From the sequence record OP555981.1: a stretch of DNA of 64,000 nt. The stretch is one strand, 5' to 3'. The position numbers were made by a program, and so were the translations under genes. Under the pieces are notes generated by a model. The model ran no database searches, was not told the origin of the DNA, and saw only the letters and a program-made list of their open reading frames with translations. The stretch comes from Escherichia phage vB_EcoM-UFV10. Shown here one piece after another: positions 35,684 to 45,741 of the stretch (position 1 is its first letter; the number at the start of each line of letters is the position of its first letter).

Positions 35684-36884
35684 ATTTTGTAATAATGTCA
35701 AACTGCTCTTTAAAGCAGAAGCTTGAATCTTGGTGCTGATACAAAAATTCATAAGCTTTTTCGCGTTCACGGTCATAAAGAGTTCGGTCAGATGACAGTT
35801 CTTTAATACGTTCAAATGTTGATTCCATGTCATTTTCATCAAACCAAATGATACCGCTATCATGCGAGGTCAAAGGAGTATTATCAACACGGAATTTTAA
35901 ATTTTCGCCTGTAGATTTCCAAAATACCGGAATTGTTCCACATGCACCAAGCTCGAGATGAGTATATTCTAAAGAACGTTGTAGATATTTTTTGTCCAAC
36001 TTACTCAGCTGATAACCAAATCCGGATTTACTCATGCGTTCAAGCATTTCGCTATTTACATAACGGTCAAGAATTTGCGTTGGCAAATTAGGAGCAATTT
36101 TAATTTGGTCTACTTGATGAAGACGATAATACTCGTATGGAATTCCTTTTTCTTTAATAGGAATGAACGCTGGAGAACGTTCCAGACCTTCCATAATAGT
36201 ACTTAGTCCTGCAGGTTTAAGATGTTTTTCATGAAAATCAAACATCTGATAAAAACCTTTCCACGTAGTAGTACGACCAATCCAACGATTGATATTCATG
36301 TTAATTTCAGAAACATCTTTCCAGTAGGTTGATCGAACCTTTGCAATATCCATCGGAGGCTGAAAGTTATATACTGTCGGTGCTTCTTCAATATCATCAA
36401 ACAGAGAAACTGTTTCAGGATACCATTCTTTCATCAGAACTTTATTAAAATCGCCATTATCAGAATGGCTAAAAATAACATCAGCTCGACGAACAGTTTC
36501 TTCTAATCCCAAATTTCGACGCAAAGAAAGAGAAGAATGGTCATGTTGATAAACTACAACACGAACAGAAGGTTTAATGTTATCAATAATTTTTTTATAG
36601 TTATTAATAGTGTCTTCTTCAACTGAAGTAGCAGGAACTGAATTGATAATTAGAATATCACAATCATTTACCAGCTTAAGTGTTTTATCGTATTCTTTTG
36701 CCAATAAAACCGGAATTGAAAATGATTTATAATCATGCGCGCAATTACGAGTAAATGATTTATCTTTAGCATAAACCAAAGTTACTTCATGACCATTTTT
36801 AATAAACCAATCACGTTGCTCAAGAGAAAATTTAGTTACACCACAACCTTCAAGACCTCGAGCCATAAAAATACATACTTTCAT
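35682..36884 (-). CDS. a-gt: DNA alpha-glucosyltransferase
   Basis: 400 aa as T4 AGT; N-terminus M-VCIFMARGLEGCGVTKF close to remembered T4 AGT; MotA-box promoter upstream. Confidence 0.8.
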   Translation of the reverse strand: MKVCIFMARGLEGCGVTKFSLEQRDWFIKNGHEVTLVYAKDKSFTRNCAHDYKSFSIPVLLAKEYDKTLKLVNDCDILIINSVPATSVEEDTINNYKKIIDNIKPSVRVVVYQHDHSSLSLRRNLGLEETVRRADVIFSHSDNGDFNKVLMKEWYPETVSLFDDIEEAPTVYNFQPPMDIAKVRSTYWKDVSEINMNINRWIGRTTTWKGFYQMFDFHEKHLKPAGLSTIMEGLERSPAFIPIKEKGIPYEYYRLHQVDQIKIAPNLPTQILDRYVNSEMLERMSKSGFGYQLSKLDKKYLQRSLEYTHLELGACGTIPVFWKSTGENLKFRVDNTPLTSHDSGIIWFDENDMESTFERIKELSSDRTLYDREREKAYEFLYQHQDSSFCFKEQFDIITK

Positions 36885-36904
36885 TTAATATCCTCTTTGT
36901 TTTG

Positions 36905-36932
36905 GTTTATTTTACCAAAAATTTATAAAGCA
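36905..36932 (-). promoter_or_regulatory. putative MotA-box middle promoter for a-gt
   Basis: minus strand TTGCTTTATA then about 12 nt then TAAAAT; approximate. Confidence 0.4.
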
Positions 36933-36934
36933 AT

Positions 36935-36954
36935 ATAGGAGCCGAAGCTCCTAT
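36935..36954 (-). terminator. UUCG-tetraloop hairpin
   Basis: ATAGGAGC-cgaa-GCTCCTAT. Confidence 0.5.
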
Positions 36955-37124
36955 CCGCATAATACACCATACAAAGGCTCATTAGAGCTTCTAAATTTTA
37001 TGCGCTTATATGTTATAGTTCCTTCTGCTTTAGCTTTATCATGAGACTCTTTAAAGCGTCTCATCATTTCCTTTTTAGAGGAACGAATTTTATAATCTAT
37101 TTCAGAAGTCTGGGTGTTCATCTT

Positions 37125-37328
37125 TCATAACTGCCACCATTTTTTGACTTGATAAGAATCAACCCACACTTTCATATTAGGGTCTGCTCTTACAATAGGA
37201 GGATTAACTTCTTTAATTGAACTATCATGGTATTCTTTTTCAGAAATTTTCACACAAAGATGACCATTCAAAGATTCAGTAAATCCTGCATTAATTTTAA
37301 GACGCTTGAATTTTACGTGTGTAAGCAT
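37125..37328 (-). CDS. hypothetical protein
   Basis: 67 aa from ATG (track start is TTG). Confidence 0.4.
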   Translation of the reverse strand: MLTHVKFKRLKINAGFTESLNGHLCVKISEKEYHDSSIKEVNPPIVRADPNMKVWVDSYQVKKWWQL

Positions 37329-37614
37329 CAATCATATCCTCAATCTGCGATCTAGTAGTCTTCCAAAGAATACTAATGAGTTCATCGTTATATGGCTGTT
37401 TTAGAATATCCCGACTTTTCTTGATAGCATATTCGTATTGAGCAAAATTATTATTTTCAGCTGCAATCTGAGCGTGCTTATAAAGACGATTCAGTTCGCG
37501 TTTGTTTTTAGACAATAACTTATTTGCTTTTCTTTCTGCTTCAAGACGGTTCTTTTCTTCAATAGAAGAAATAAGCTTTTCCACTTCATCATTAATTTCG
37601 GGTTTATCAGTCAT
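37297..37614 (-). CDS. hypothetical protein
   Basis: 105-aa ORF, ATG start. Confidence 0.4.
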   Translation of the reverse strand: MTDKPEINDEVEKLISSIEEKNRLEAERKANKLLSKNKRELNRLYKHAQIAAENNNFAQYEYAIKKSRDILKQPYNDELISILWKTTRSQIEDMIDAYTRKIQAS

Positions 37615-37615
37615 A

Positions 37616-37834
37616 TTATTTCTCTAATATAAAATAAAAATCATCATCTGTTAAATGATACCGATAGTTTAATTCTACACCATTAGATTTAAAAGCGGTA
37701 TCATACGGATTTTCTGGATCAATATCAATGTCAAGAGCTAAAACTTCCCTGAGATACATTTTAAGTAAATAGGGAATAGCTTCAACTTCAGGTATTTCTT
37801 CCAAGAATCCGGAGAGGTTAATCGTTAGCCTCAT
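37616..37834 (-). CDS. hypothetical protein
   Basis: 72-aa ORF, ATG start. Confidence 0.4.
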
Positions 37835-38375
37835 ATAAAAAATCCAAACTAGGAGAATCGTCTACAACACTTTTCTTTTCAGCCCCCGGTGTTCTATAGG
37901 TTGATTCTTCGTAATGCGTCATTTTATCGTAGATGTCTTGAATAAAAGTTTCATCTACTAACGCAACCATATCGTCGTCACGGCTGTCATAGACATTGTG
38001 AACGAAGTAACTATATTTCTTTGCAACTTCCTTACGTTCTTTTTTAATACGTTGGACGAATGCATTAAAACAAGCTTGAGTTATATACGCATGTGGGTTT
38101 TTATATTTCGTTTCATCAAAATTATGAAGCCCCTTAATAGAAGCTTCTATACCATCTGCAATCATTTCTTGTTTCCAAGATTGGGTGTATCCTGAAAAGT
38201 TGAAACGTTTAGATAAGCCTTCTGCAATAAGCATAATGGCTAATCCGATAGTATCATTCTGACGAACTACTTTATTTGGGTCTTTATTATTTGCTAATTC
38301 TGTTTTCCAATCAATAATAGCTTGTAAAAGCTCTTTATTGTTTACGTAATTATATTTAGGCTTAGTTTCTGACAT
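37818..38375 (-). CDS. 55: late-transcription sigma factor gp55
   Basis: 185 aa from [26 protein letters not shown]; size and position match T4 gp55. Confidence 0.85.
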
Positions 38376-38453
38376 TTTCACCTCTTAGCTCAATTCATAG
38401 ATCTATTATATCATAATATTTGAAGATCTATCTTAAAGCATAGAGGATATCAG

Positions 38454-38723
38454 TTATCTAAGTAAACAGTATGCTTGGAACACTTTCTCCATCATCTTTT
38501 TAAATTCATGAATATCTATATAATGACTAGTTAGATCAGCATGATATAAAAAGTCTAAAAACTTTTCATGTGTACTAACATATTCGCTTTCATTTAATTC
38601 AGAAACATGGCTTTCCCAATATCCAACACCAGTCTTATTTGGGAAAAATGAAATTTTCATGTATTGGTCAACATAGAAAATGCCATAATTTTCAATAGTA
38701 ATAGAAATATTAATAAATTTCAT
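38454..38723 (-). CDS. hypothetical protein
   Basis: 89-aa ORF, ATG start. Confidence 0.4.
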   Translation of the reverse strand: MKFINISITIENYGIFYVDQYMKISFFPNKTGVGYWESHVSELNESEYVSTHEKFLDFLYHADLTSHYIDIHEFKKMMEKVFQAYCLLR

Positions 38724-38935
38724 ACATTCATCAACTTAGCCGCTTCAAGAGCTGCATCTAGTGAATCAAATTGGTCAACATATTCAATCAATTCGCCGTA
38801 ATTAGCGTATAACCACCATTGACTGAATTCATATTCAAGGATAAATCCATTTCCCTCAATTTGAGTTAAACCATTGCCGTTTGTATTTACTTCATATCCG
38901 GCAAGACGCAAATCGTTAATAAGAGCTTCGTTCAT
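38720..38935 (-). CDS. hypothetical protein
   Basis: 71-aa ORF, ATGA coupling. Confidence 0.4.
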   Translation of the reverse strand: MNEALINDLRLAGYEVNTNGNGLTQIEGNGFILEYEFSQWWLYANYGELIEYVDQFDSLDAALEAAKLMNV

Positions 38936-38937
38936 AA

Positions 38938-39264
38938 TTATACCTTAGTAATTTTCAGGTCTGCAAATTTTTTCTTGCGTTGATTTTTCATGCGACGAAT
39001 AGTTTTATCGGAAATTTCATGCTTTTGATAAGCTTTAGATTCTACACCGAAAGCTTTAACATCAAATTCTGACAAGATATATTGAACCAACAATTCGCGG
39101 ATAGTGTTGCGTCCAATCTTCTGATCATTCTGTTTCATCGTCTGATGAAGCTCTTTTTCCCATTTATCCAAAATTTGAGGAGTTACAATATCGCCTTTTT
39201 CTAACAAAGAAACTACTTTATCATATGCGTAAGAATTGATGGCGTTTTTAATTTGAATAGTCAT
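38938..39264 (-). CDS. hypothetical protein
   Basis: 108-aa ORF, basic C-terminus. Confidence 0.4.
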   Translation of the reverse strand: MTIQIKNAINSYAYDKVVSLLEKGDIVTPQILDKWEKELHQTMKQNDQKIGRNTIRELLVQYILSEFDVKAFGVESKAYQKHEISDKTIRRMKNQRKKKFADLKITKV

Positions 39265-39303
39265 ACATTATCCTCAATTGCATTAAAATTTTATTATCCA
39301 AAA

Positions 39304-39319
39304 AAGGGCCGAAGCCCTT
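39304..39319 (-). terminator. UUCG-tetraloop hairpin
   Basis: AAGGGC-cgaa-GCCCTT. Confidence 0.5.
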
Positions 39320-39518
39320 AGCTAAACTTTTTGGCACCCTTCCAGCCTTCGTACATCATTGCGGCTGATATTAATATTGCTCCTGAGCAACTTGAATATT
39401 TGTGATTCCAAAACCAGTTTAGAAAAACTTCGTCATCAATACCTTGGGCTATCATATTTTCAAAGAACTGACGACGAGATTCGGCAATTCGTTGCGATAA
39501 TTTAGATTCAGGATTCAT
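39318..39518 (-). CDS. hypothetical protein
   Basis: 66-aa ORF; hairpin downstream. Confidence 0.4.
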   Translation of the reverse strand: MNPESKLSQRIAESRRQFFENMIAQGIDDEVFLNWFWNHKYSSCSGAILISAAMMYEGWKGAKKFS

Positions 39519-39650
39519 TTAAATTTTCCAGTTACCATTTTCATCAATAAATTTAATCCAGTCATTTACTGACCACTTAGTTGTATCACCTTTTGGAGTA
39601 ACATTTAAAGTATATAACCCCTGCTTAAAAAGCATTCGTTTGATATTCAT
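39519..39650 (-). CDS. hypothetical small protein
   Basis: 43 aa from internal ATG behind GAGGAA; track N-terminus overlaps upstream gene. Confidence 0.35.
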   Translation of the reverse strand: MNIKRMLFKQGLYTLNVTPKGDTTKWSVNDWIKFIDENGNWKI

Positions 39651-39657
39651 ATTTTCC

Positions 39658-39951
39658 TCAGCTGTAACGATAACACTCGTTTGATTTACGTTTAGCAACT
39701 CGTTGAGAAGTATTATAATCAAAATCATCGTCAATGTAAACTGATTTTTTCAACTTTCTTACTTCACCACGCAGTTGACGATTTAACTCATCTTTAACTT
39801 CTGAATCAATACCTTTCATTCTACGCCATTTATCTGAGCGAAAAATGTTTTCAACCATATCTTTATGACTTACACCATCAGGAGCTTTACGCTTTCCGAA
39901 ATAGTCATAATCACGTACTTTTAAATCTCTACGACGATACGTTTTACCCAT
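39658..39951 (-). CDS. basic hypothetical protein
   Basis: 97 aa from internal ATG MGKTYRRRD; Arg/Lys-rich. Confidence 0.4.
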   Translation of the reverse strand: MGKTYRRRDLKVRDYDYFGKRKAPDGVSHKDMVENIFRSDKWRRMKGIDSEVKDELNRQLRGEVRKLKKSVYIDDDFDYNTSQRVAKRKSNECYRYS

Positions 39952-40260
39952 GGAGTTTAATTTCCTTAGCAACTGAACTAAATACAGCACGGTCACAAAT
40001 CATACGTTTGTTCCATTTAATCACGGTATAATGAACATCTAAATCATCGACTGCTGTGACAATAACGATATGTCCGTTAACACGATAGTACTGGTCAATT
40101 TTAATCTCTTTATCAACCATATCAATTCCTCAAAGGTAATTCATATGTTAATAATACCACGGTTTGAACTTGTTGTAAACAACTTTGTGAAAAATATTTT
40201 ATGGAATGATAAGAAAGGAACGATAGCTTACAATGGTAATATACAGAATGTGAGAAAGAA

Positions 40261-40275
40261 GGGCCCAGAGGGCCC
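40261..40275 (-). terminator. hairpin (GGGCCC palindromic arms)
   Basis: GGGCCC-aga-GGGCCC immediately 3' of the glutaredoxin-like gene. Confidence 0.45.
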
Positions 40276-40278
40276 GTC

Positions 40279-40602
40279 TTAGTCTTCTATGATATCTCTA
40301 TCATATCCAAGTGAAATGAGAGTTTCTTTGAAGTGTTTAATGTTCTTTTGTCTAGAATCATTAATGAAAATGACAGGATACCGAATATTAAGAGATGTGA
40401 ATCCGGCGCGTTTGGCAAGAGATACAATCAGTGGACGATCATACTCAATCTTACCATTATTAGTAAGAACTTTATAGAAAGTAAAAGGAGCATTGAGCTC
40501 CTTTAGAAGTTTTGTAACTGATTGACATCCAGGACAACGACCTACTTCATCTGGAATTCCATAGACTTCAATCTTATTCTTTAAGTTCGAGTTTTGTTCC
40601 AC
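40279..40602 (-). CDS. glutaredoxin/NrdH-like redoxin (CPGC active site)
   Basis: Redoxin-like region KIEVYGIPDEVGRCPGCQSV...; no in-frame ATG nearby, probable GTG behind AAGGAA; track adds a hydrophobic extension overlapping the upstream gene. Confidence 0.45.
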   Translation of the reverse strand: MEQNSNLKNKIEVYGIPDEVGRCPGCQSVTKLLKELNAPFTFYKVLTNNGKIEYDRPLIVSLAKRAGFTSLNIRYPVIFINDSRQKNIKHFKETLISLGYDRDIIED

Positions 40603-40885
40603 GAGAAATAATTCCTTGGTAAGCCCAATAAGGAGGATTAACAGAATCCTCACCAGAGTTTTCTTCAGGAAAATAAACCTGGATAACGAAGCCGGATTCA
40701 TCAAAGGTGAAATAAGTAGTAGGCAGTTCACCTAACAAATCGGCACGAGCATTAATTTCTTCGAGGTCTTGTTCACGTCCAACCCAGAAGCTTGGGTTCA
40801 GACTACATTCATAGAAATAATAGTCATTACCGAACATATCAAAACCATTCCAACTCTCTACTACATACCGCTCAAAACTAATCAT
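40574..40885 (-). CDS. hypothetical protein
   Basis: 103-aa ORF, ATG start. Confidence 0.4.
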   Translation of the reverse strand: MISFERYVVESWNGFDMFGNDYYFYECSLNPSFWVGREQDLEEINARADLLGELPTTYFTFDESGFVIQVYFPEENSGEDSVNPPYWAYQGIISRGTKLELKE

Positions 40886-40887
40886 AA

Positions 40888-41103
40888 TTAAGCCTTTTTA
40901 TCAAGAACAGCATTCAGCTTGTTAGTAATTTTATCCAGACGCTCATTGAACTCACTAGAAGATAAGCCCTTTTCTGGAGAAATTAAACTAATAACGAAAA
41001 ATACAACAATAAAAGGAATAAGGAAAATAGCTCCAACTGCCATAAACAGAAAGAATGTTACAGTTGTAAGAAAATCAGCTAAACCTTTACGAAATTTATA
41101 CAT
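40888..41103 (-). CDS. small membrane protein
   Basis: 71 aa with one long hydrophobic segment. Confidence 0.4.
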   Translation of the reverse strand: MYKFRKGLADFLTTVTFFLFMAVGAIFLIPFIVVFFVISLISPEKGLSSSEFNERLDKITNKLNAVLDKKA

Positions 41104-41218
41104 ATTTTACCCTTAATTGATTAACCAAGCATTGATAAACACTAAACTATATTGGGAATAAAATTCTGGACCAAAATGAAAAATCATATCATTTATAGTA
41201 TCCATAATGTAATTCAAT

Positions 41219-41689
41219 TTAATCATGTTTCCACACCCCATCGGTATTTGACCAAAGTCGCTGATTATCTGATCCTCGCCACAGCTTTTTAGTCGGAAGA
41301 TTTTTCTCATACTTCCCATCAATAATAACATCAACATATTTAAGCATTTCTAGTTGTTTAATATCTTCAAACTTATATCCTGTCCACAACCAAATGCTTT
41401 TATTAGGATAAAGATTTTTAATAGTTTGAACCACAGAGTGAATCACGTCTCTGTTATCAGGATAGAGAGGGTCACCTCCAGTTATAGTTAATCCTTCTAT
41501 ATAATCATTATTCAAACATTCAATTAATTGTTCTAGTGTTTCACCAGTGAATGGAACGCCATTTCTAGCATTCCATGTTGATTTATTATAACACCCTTCA
41601 CATTTATGCAAACAACCTGTAACGAAAAGAACGACCCTGCATCCAGGGCCATTCACAAAATCACAGGGATAAAATCTATCGTAATTCAT
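41219..41689 (-). CDS. nrdG: anaerobic ribonucleotide reductase activating protein (radical SAM)
   Basis: 156 aa as T4 NrdG; CxxxCxxC cluster GCLHKCEGC; overlaps nrdD stop. Confidence 0.85.
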   Translation of the reverse strand: MNYDRFYPCDFVNGPGCRVVLFVTGCLHKCEGCYNKSTWNARNGVPFTGETLEQLIECLNNDYIEGLTITGGDPLYPDNRDVIHSVVQTIKNLYPNKSIWLWTGYKFEDIKQLEMLKYVDVIIDGKYEKNLPTKKLWRGSDNQRLWSNTDGVWKHD

Positions 41690-43503
41690 TGGTGTTTAAC
41701 CCTATGCATGATTTCTTTATTTTTGCCGAGATTAAATCCGCGTTCGTTCGGATTTCCCAAATAACCACATGTTCTTCTTATTGTGTTCATCTTTTTAGGA
41801 TCAGTTTCTCCACAAATAGAACAAACAAATCCGTTTTCAGTAGGAGTCATTTCATGGGTACTTCCACATGTAAAACATTTATCTACTGGCATATTAACAC
41901 CAAAATAATCTAAATGTTGTGCAGCATAATCCCATACGGCCTCAAGACCCTTTAAGTTATTTTTCATATCAGGAAGTTCAACATAAGAAATGTGGCCGCC
42001 TGTCGCAATGAAATGATATGGTGCTTCGCGAGAAATCTTTTCAAACGGAGTAATATTTTCTTCTACTGAAACATGGAAACTGTTAGTGTACCAACCTTTA
42101 TCGGTAACATCCTTTACACTTCCATATTTTTCGGTATCAAGTTTACAGAAGCGATAACAAAGGTTTTCAGCAGGAGTAGAATACAAACTAAAAGCAAACC
42201 CAGTTCTTTCAGTCCACTGTTTAAGACGAGCATTCATTTTAGTTAAAATTTCCTGTCCAATATCACGACCGACAAGAATATTCAATTCGTGAATACCAAT
42301 GTATCCTAGAGACACTGAACTTCTGCCATTTTTAAATAACTCAATTATATCGTCATCAGGTTTAAGACGAACCCCGAATGCACCTTCTTGATAAAGAATA
42401 GGAGCAACAGTCGCTTTAACTCCTTTTAAGGAACTAATTCTACACATCAAAGCTTCAAAACATAAATCCATTCGTTCATTGAATAATTCAACAAATTTCT
42501 GTTCATTGAACTGTGTTCCAATATAAGAATCTAATGCGATACGAGGAAGATTCAGTGTTACAACACCGAGATTATTACGTCCATCAAGAATTTCATTGCC
42601 AGTCGAATCTTTCCATACGCTCAAGAAACTACGACAACCCATTGGAGAAACAGGAATAGATGAGCCGGTGATAGCTTTATTGTTCTTAGCCGAAATAATA
42701 TCAGGATACATTCTTTTGCTTGCGCACTCTAGAGCAAGCTGTTTAATATCATAGTTCGGATCGTCTTTATAAAGATTAACACCTTCTTCAACGAACATAA
42801 CAAGCTTAGGGAAAATAGGAGTTATCCCATCACGACCAAGACCTTTAATACGATTTTTCAGAATTGCTTTCTGAATCATTCGTTCAGTCCAGTCAGTTCC
42901 TGTACCAAATGTAATTGTTACAAAAGGTGTTTGTCCGTTTGAGCTAAAGAGAGTATTTACTTCATATTCATAAGCTTGGAATGCATCGTATACATCTTTT
43001 TCTGTTTTAGATTGAGCATAATTCAACGCATCAGCGATTTGCCATTTTTCTGCATCCTCAATATGTTTTGCATAGGTGCGTTTAACATAAGGAGAAAGTA
43101 CTTTATCTACATTAGCAAAAGTCGTTCCGCCGTATTGATGGGAAGCAACCTGTGCAGTAATTTGTGCCATAATTGCAGTAGCAACACCGATTGATTTAGG
43201 AGTTTCAATCTGTGCATTACCAAGCTTAAATCCGTTCTCAAGCATTCCTTTTAAATCTACTAAACAACAATTAGTAAATGGAAGAGCAGGGGAATAATCA
43301 ATATCGTGGAAATGAATAATTCCGCTTTCATGCGCTTTCATAATAAAAGACGGGACCATATTTTTGGCAATGTGTTTAGACACAATACCAGCCATAAGGT
43401 CCCGTTGAGTTGGAAAAACACGAGAATCTTTATTAGCATTCTCGTTTAAAAGGTCTTTATTAGTTTTATGAATCAATCCTTCAATTTCTTTTTCAATTGT
43501 CAT
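41686..43503 (-). CDS. nrdD: anaerobic ribonucleoside-triphosphate reductase (glycyl radical enzyme), uninterrupted
   Basis: 605 aa continuous ORF; C-terminal glycyl-radical motif RRTCGYLG and Zn-ribbon CxxC...CxxC. Confidence 0.9.
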   Translation of the reverse strand: MTIEKEIEGLIHKTNKDLLNENANKDSRVFPTQRDLMAGIVSKHIAKNMVPSFIMKAHESGIIHFHDIDYSPALPFTNCCLVDLKGMLENGFKLGNAQIETPKSIGVATAIMAQITAQVASHQYGGTTFANVDKVLSPYVKRTYAKHIEDAEKWQIADALNYAQSKTEKDVYDAFQAYEYEVNTLFSSNGQTPFVTITFGTGTDWTERMIQKAILKNRIKGLGRDGITPIFPKLVMFVEEGVNLYKDDPNYDIKQLALECASKRMYPDIISAKNNKAITGSSIPVSPMGCRSFLSVWKDSTGNEILDGRNNLGVVTLNLPRIALDSYIGTQFNEQKFVELFNERMDLCFEALMCRISSLKGVKATVAPILYQEGAFGVRLKPDDDIIELFKNGRSSVSLGYIGIHELNILVGRDIGQEILTKMNARLKQWTERTGFAFSLYSTPAENLCYRFCKLDTEKYGSVKDVTDKGWYTNSFHVSVEENITPFEKISREAPYHFIATGGHISYVELPDMKNNLKGLEAVWDYAAQHLDYFGVNMPVDKCFTCGSTHEMTPTENGFVCSICGETDPKKMNTIRRTCGYLGNPNERGFNLGKNKEIMHRVKHQ

Positions 43504-43973
43504 TTTAAACTCTTTCTAAGCTGCTTCTTAAATGAAGCTATTAATTGTGTTTTAGTGTCAGATTCATTATATTCAAATCCTCTTTGAAGCATCTCGGCCA
43601 TCATTTCCTCTTTTCCCAAACGAGAAAATTCCTTTGATTTATCTCCAACAAAGTTAGGGTGAATATTATTTTGGGTGTAATCGGATTTTAAATAAGTAAG
43701 TAAATTTTCTAACCATTCAAGATAATCAACACCTTGTCCCTTTAAGCCAGAACGATTAAATTTATGCTTCATTTGACCTTCTGCGGCATTACAGAGATTA
43801 CAAAGCAATCCACGCACCTTTCCTGCTTTCGGTCCATTTAATTCATGGTCATGGTCGAGGTGATTAGCTTGAACATCAGGATTTAGTTCTCGTTGGCAAA
43901 TTAAACATTTACCATTTTGTGCATCATAAAATTTCTGTTTTTCTTCTTTGTATAATTTGCCAGTCAATAACAT
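43500..43973 (-). CDS. 49: endonuclease VII (Holliday junction resolvase)
   Basis: 157 aa as T4 EndoVII; zinc motif CLICQRE...HLDHDHE...CNLCN. Confidence 0.85.
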   Translation of the reverse strand: MLLTGKLYKEEKQKFYDAQNGKCLICQRELNPDVQANHLDHDHELNGPKAGKVRGLLCNLCNAAEGQMKHKFNRSGLKGQGVDYLEWLENLLTYLKSDYTQNNIHPNFVGDKSKEFSRLGKEEMMAEMLQRGFEYNESDTKTQLIASFKKQLRKSLK

Positions 43974-44190
43974 AATAAACCCTTACCTTAAATAGATAAG
44001 GGTATTTATTATTTTCAAGTATTGTAAAAGGCTCGATGCAATCGCTTATACTGCCGAATCATCTTTTTAGTAGGACGAGAATAAGTTCCTACACAAGTGG
44101 TCATATTAGGGTCGGTAGGACTTCCTTTAATAAAAAGTTTCCAAACCTTACCACCATTTAACTTTTCAGTATAAATCAATTCAGTTTTCA

Positions 44191-44637
44191 TTAAAACGCT
44201 CGGTCAGAAAAAGATTTTTGGGTTTCAAGCCATTCAATATATTCTGCCGCAGCTTGCATCAAATTTCCTTCATAGCCATCGTTATTTTCTTGTGCAGCTA
44301 ATTTAGCCAATGCGTATGAAATACGTTCACCTTGAAAATCAGCTTTAGGCTTCTGGACAACTTGATTAGTTCGCTCTACAACTTCTTCAATTTCGCCATT
44401 TTCGACTGATTCAGTATTCCACAAGCACCAATACGTAATTGGCTTATCGTAGATGTTAATAATCTTTCCATCAGAAAGTTCAATTTCAATAATTCCAGTG
44501 TCAGGCTCTATATCATCTTCACATTCTTTTGCAAGTTCACGAACTTTAAAGACAGTACCTGCACTAAGTTCCGGCCAGTAATTACATAGCCCTGTATCAG
44601 CACGATTAATTCTAAACCACTTATCTACTGTAATCAT
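44191..44637 (-). CDS. hypothetical protein
   Basis: 148 aa from ATG behind GGAG; track start is TTG; a further ~58-aa ORF lies between this and gene 49. Confidence 0.4.
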   Translation of the reverse strand: MITVDKWFRINRADTGLCNYWPELSAGTVFKVRELAKECEDDIEPDTGIIEIELSDGKIINIYDKPITYWCLWNTESVENGEIEEVVERTNQVVQKPKADFQGERISYALAKLAAQENNDGYEGNLMQAAAEYIEWLETQKSFSDRAF

Positions 44638-44760
44638 GTCCCATCTCCATATCAATTAAGTCATTTATCGTTGGTTCATTATATACTGTTTCTTCATCAG
44701 TGTAAACCGGTTCTTCCGGCTCTGGCTCTACAGTTTCCCATCTAGCCGCCCACCAAGGTT

Positions 44761-45081
44761 TTATAGCGTAATCCATTCTCGTACTATCTGAGTTACTACA
44801 CGTTCACGGGGCTCGACTAGTTCAACAGTCGGAACTGCATAATACCAGTCAGAATGATAGGAACCTGACCGAGATTCATTTACAGCCACATGTACATTAT
44901 GTTTTGGACTAAAGTAAACACACTGACGATATTGGCATTTACCATCTTGCACCCAGTCTTCTATTTCGATAGGTTTAAGATAATCGGAAAAATCGAAATC
45001 ATAGTTTTCCGAAAATGCATCATGGTCTTCAATGATTTCGCTCAGAACTGCATCAACATCTAATTTATTTTCAATAGTCAT
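44761..45081 (-). CDS. hypothetical protein
   Basis: 106-aa ORF. Confidence 0.4.
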   Translation of the reverse strand: MTIENKLDVDAVLSEIIEDHDAFSENYDFDFSDYLKPIEIEDWVQDGKCQYRQCVYFSPKHNVHVAVNESRSGSYHSDWYYAVPTVELVEPRERVVTQIVREWITL

Positions 45082-45264
45082 TTTTCACCAATTAATTTCG
45101 CAATTTATTAAGTTCTTCATCATCAATCCAGGATTCTAATCCTGATGGCAGGGCACATTCAATTTCCCAAAGAAGTTCTTCAATTTTCTGAAGACGATCT
45201 AGTTCTTCGGCTGGAATAGTAACCATTGACGGAGCTCGTGATACATTAATATCGTAAATCATAT

Positions 45265-45480
45265 TTACCCCAATTTAACCATACAATCGCCGTATTTCCA
45301 CTTAGAAATAGACTTTTCACCATTAGAATAATAAACTTCGAGTTTAGCACGATTATTTTTAATTTGAATAACCTTTGCTGTCATCAAAGTTCCATACCCA
45401 TAATAAACTGCAACTTCATCACCTACATATACCGCGCTTCCGCGGTAATCATGGATATAATCAGTTCCTTCGAGAATCAT
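45265..45480 (-). CDS. hypothetical protein
   Basis: 71-aa ORF, ATGA coupling to nrdC. Confidence 0.4.
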   Translation of the reverse strand: MILEGTDYIHDYRGSAVYVGDEVAVYYGYGTLMTAKVIQIKNNRAKLEVYYSNGEKSISKWKYGDCMVKLG

Positions 45481-45740
45481 TTAAAGTATTCTCGCAGTTG
45501 GTCAAATCCACCAATATGACTTCCATCAGGAGCAAATACCTGAGGCATTGTCAAGCCGATTTGAGTATCACGACTTAGTTTAGTCAGAAGCTCAGCGATT
45601 TTCTCATCATCAAAAACACCTTTTTCCGGCATAATGTTGATAAATTCAAACGGCTGTTTCTTCACGGTCAAAAGACGTTTTGCATTATCACAATACACAC
45701 ATTTATGGATGTTGCTATCATAACCATATAATTTAAACAT
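45477..45740 (-). CDS. nrdC: phage thioredoxin/glutaredoxin
   Basis: 87 aa; CVYC active site; sequence close to remembered T4 NrdC. Confidence 0.8.
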   Translation of the reverse strand: MFKLYGYDSNIHKCVYCDNAKRLLTVKKQPFEFINIMPEKGVFDDEKIAELLTKLSRDTQIGLTMPQVFAPDGSHIGGFDQLREYFK

Positions 45741-45741
45741 A

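Noticed and set aside
40070-40282. Plus-strand 70-aa ORF 40070-40282
   Set aside because: It overlaps a minus-strand small ORF, an early promoter and the GGGCCC hairpin, and has no SD. Probably non-coding.
41686-43503. Group I intron with homing endonuclease inside nrdD
   Set aside because: The ORF is continuous for 605 codons with both the N-terminal and the glycyl-radical C-terminal regions in one frame.
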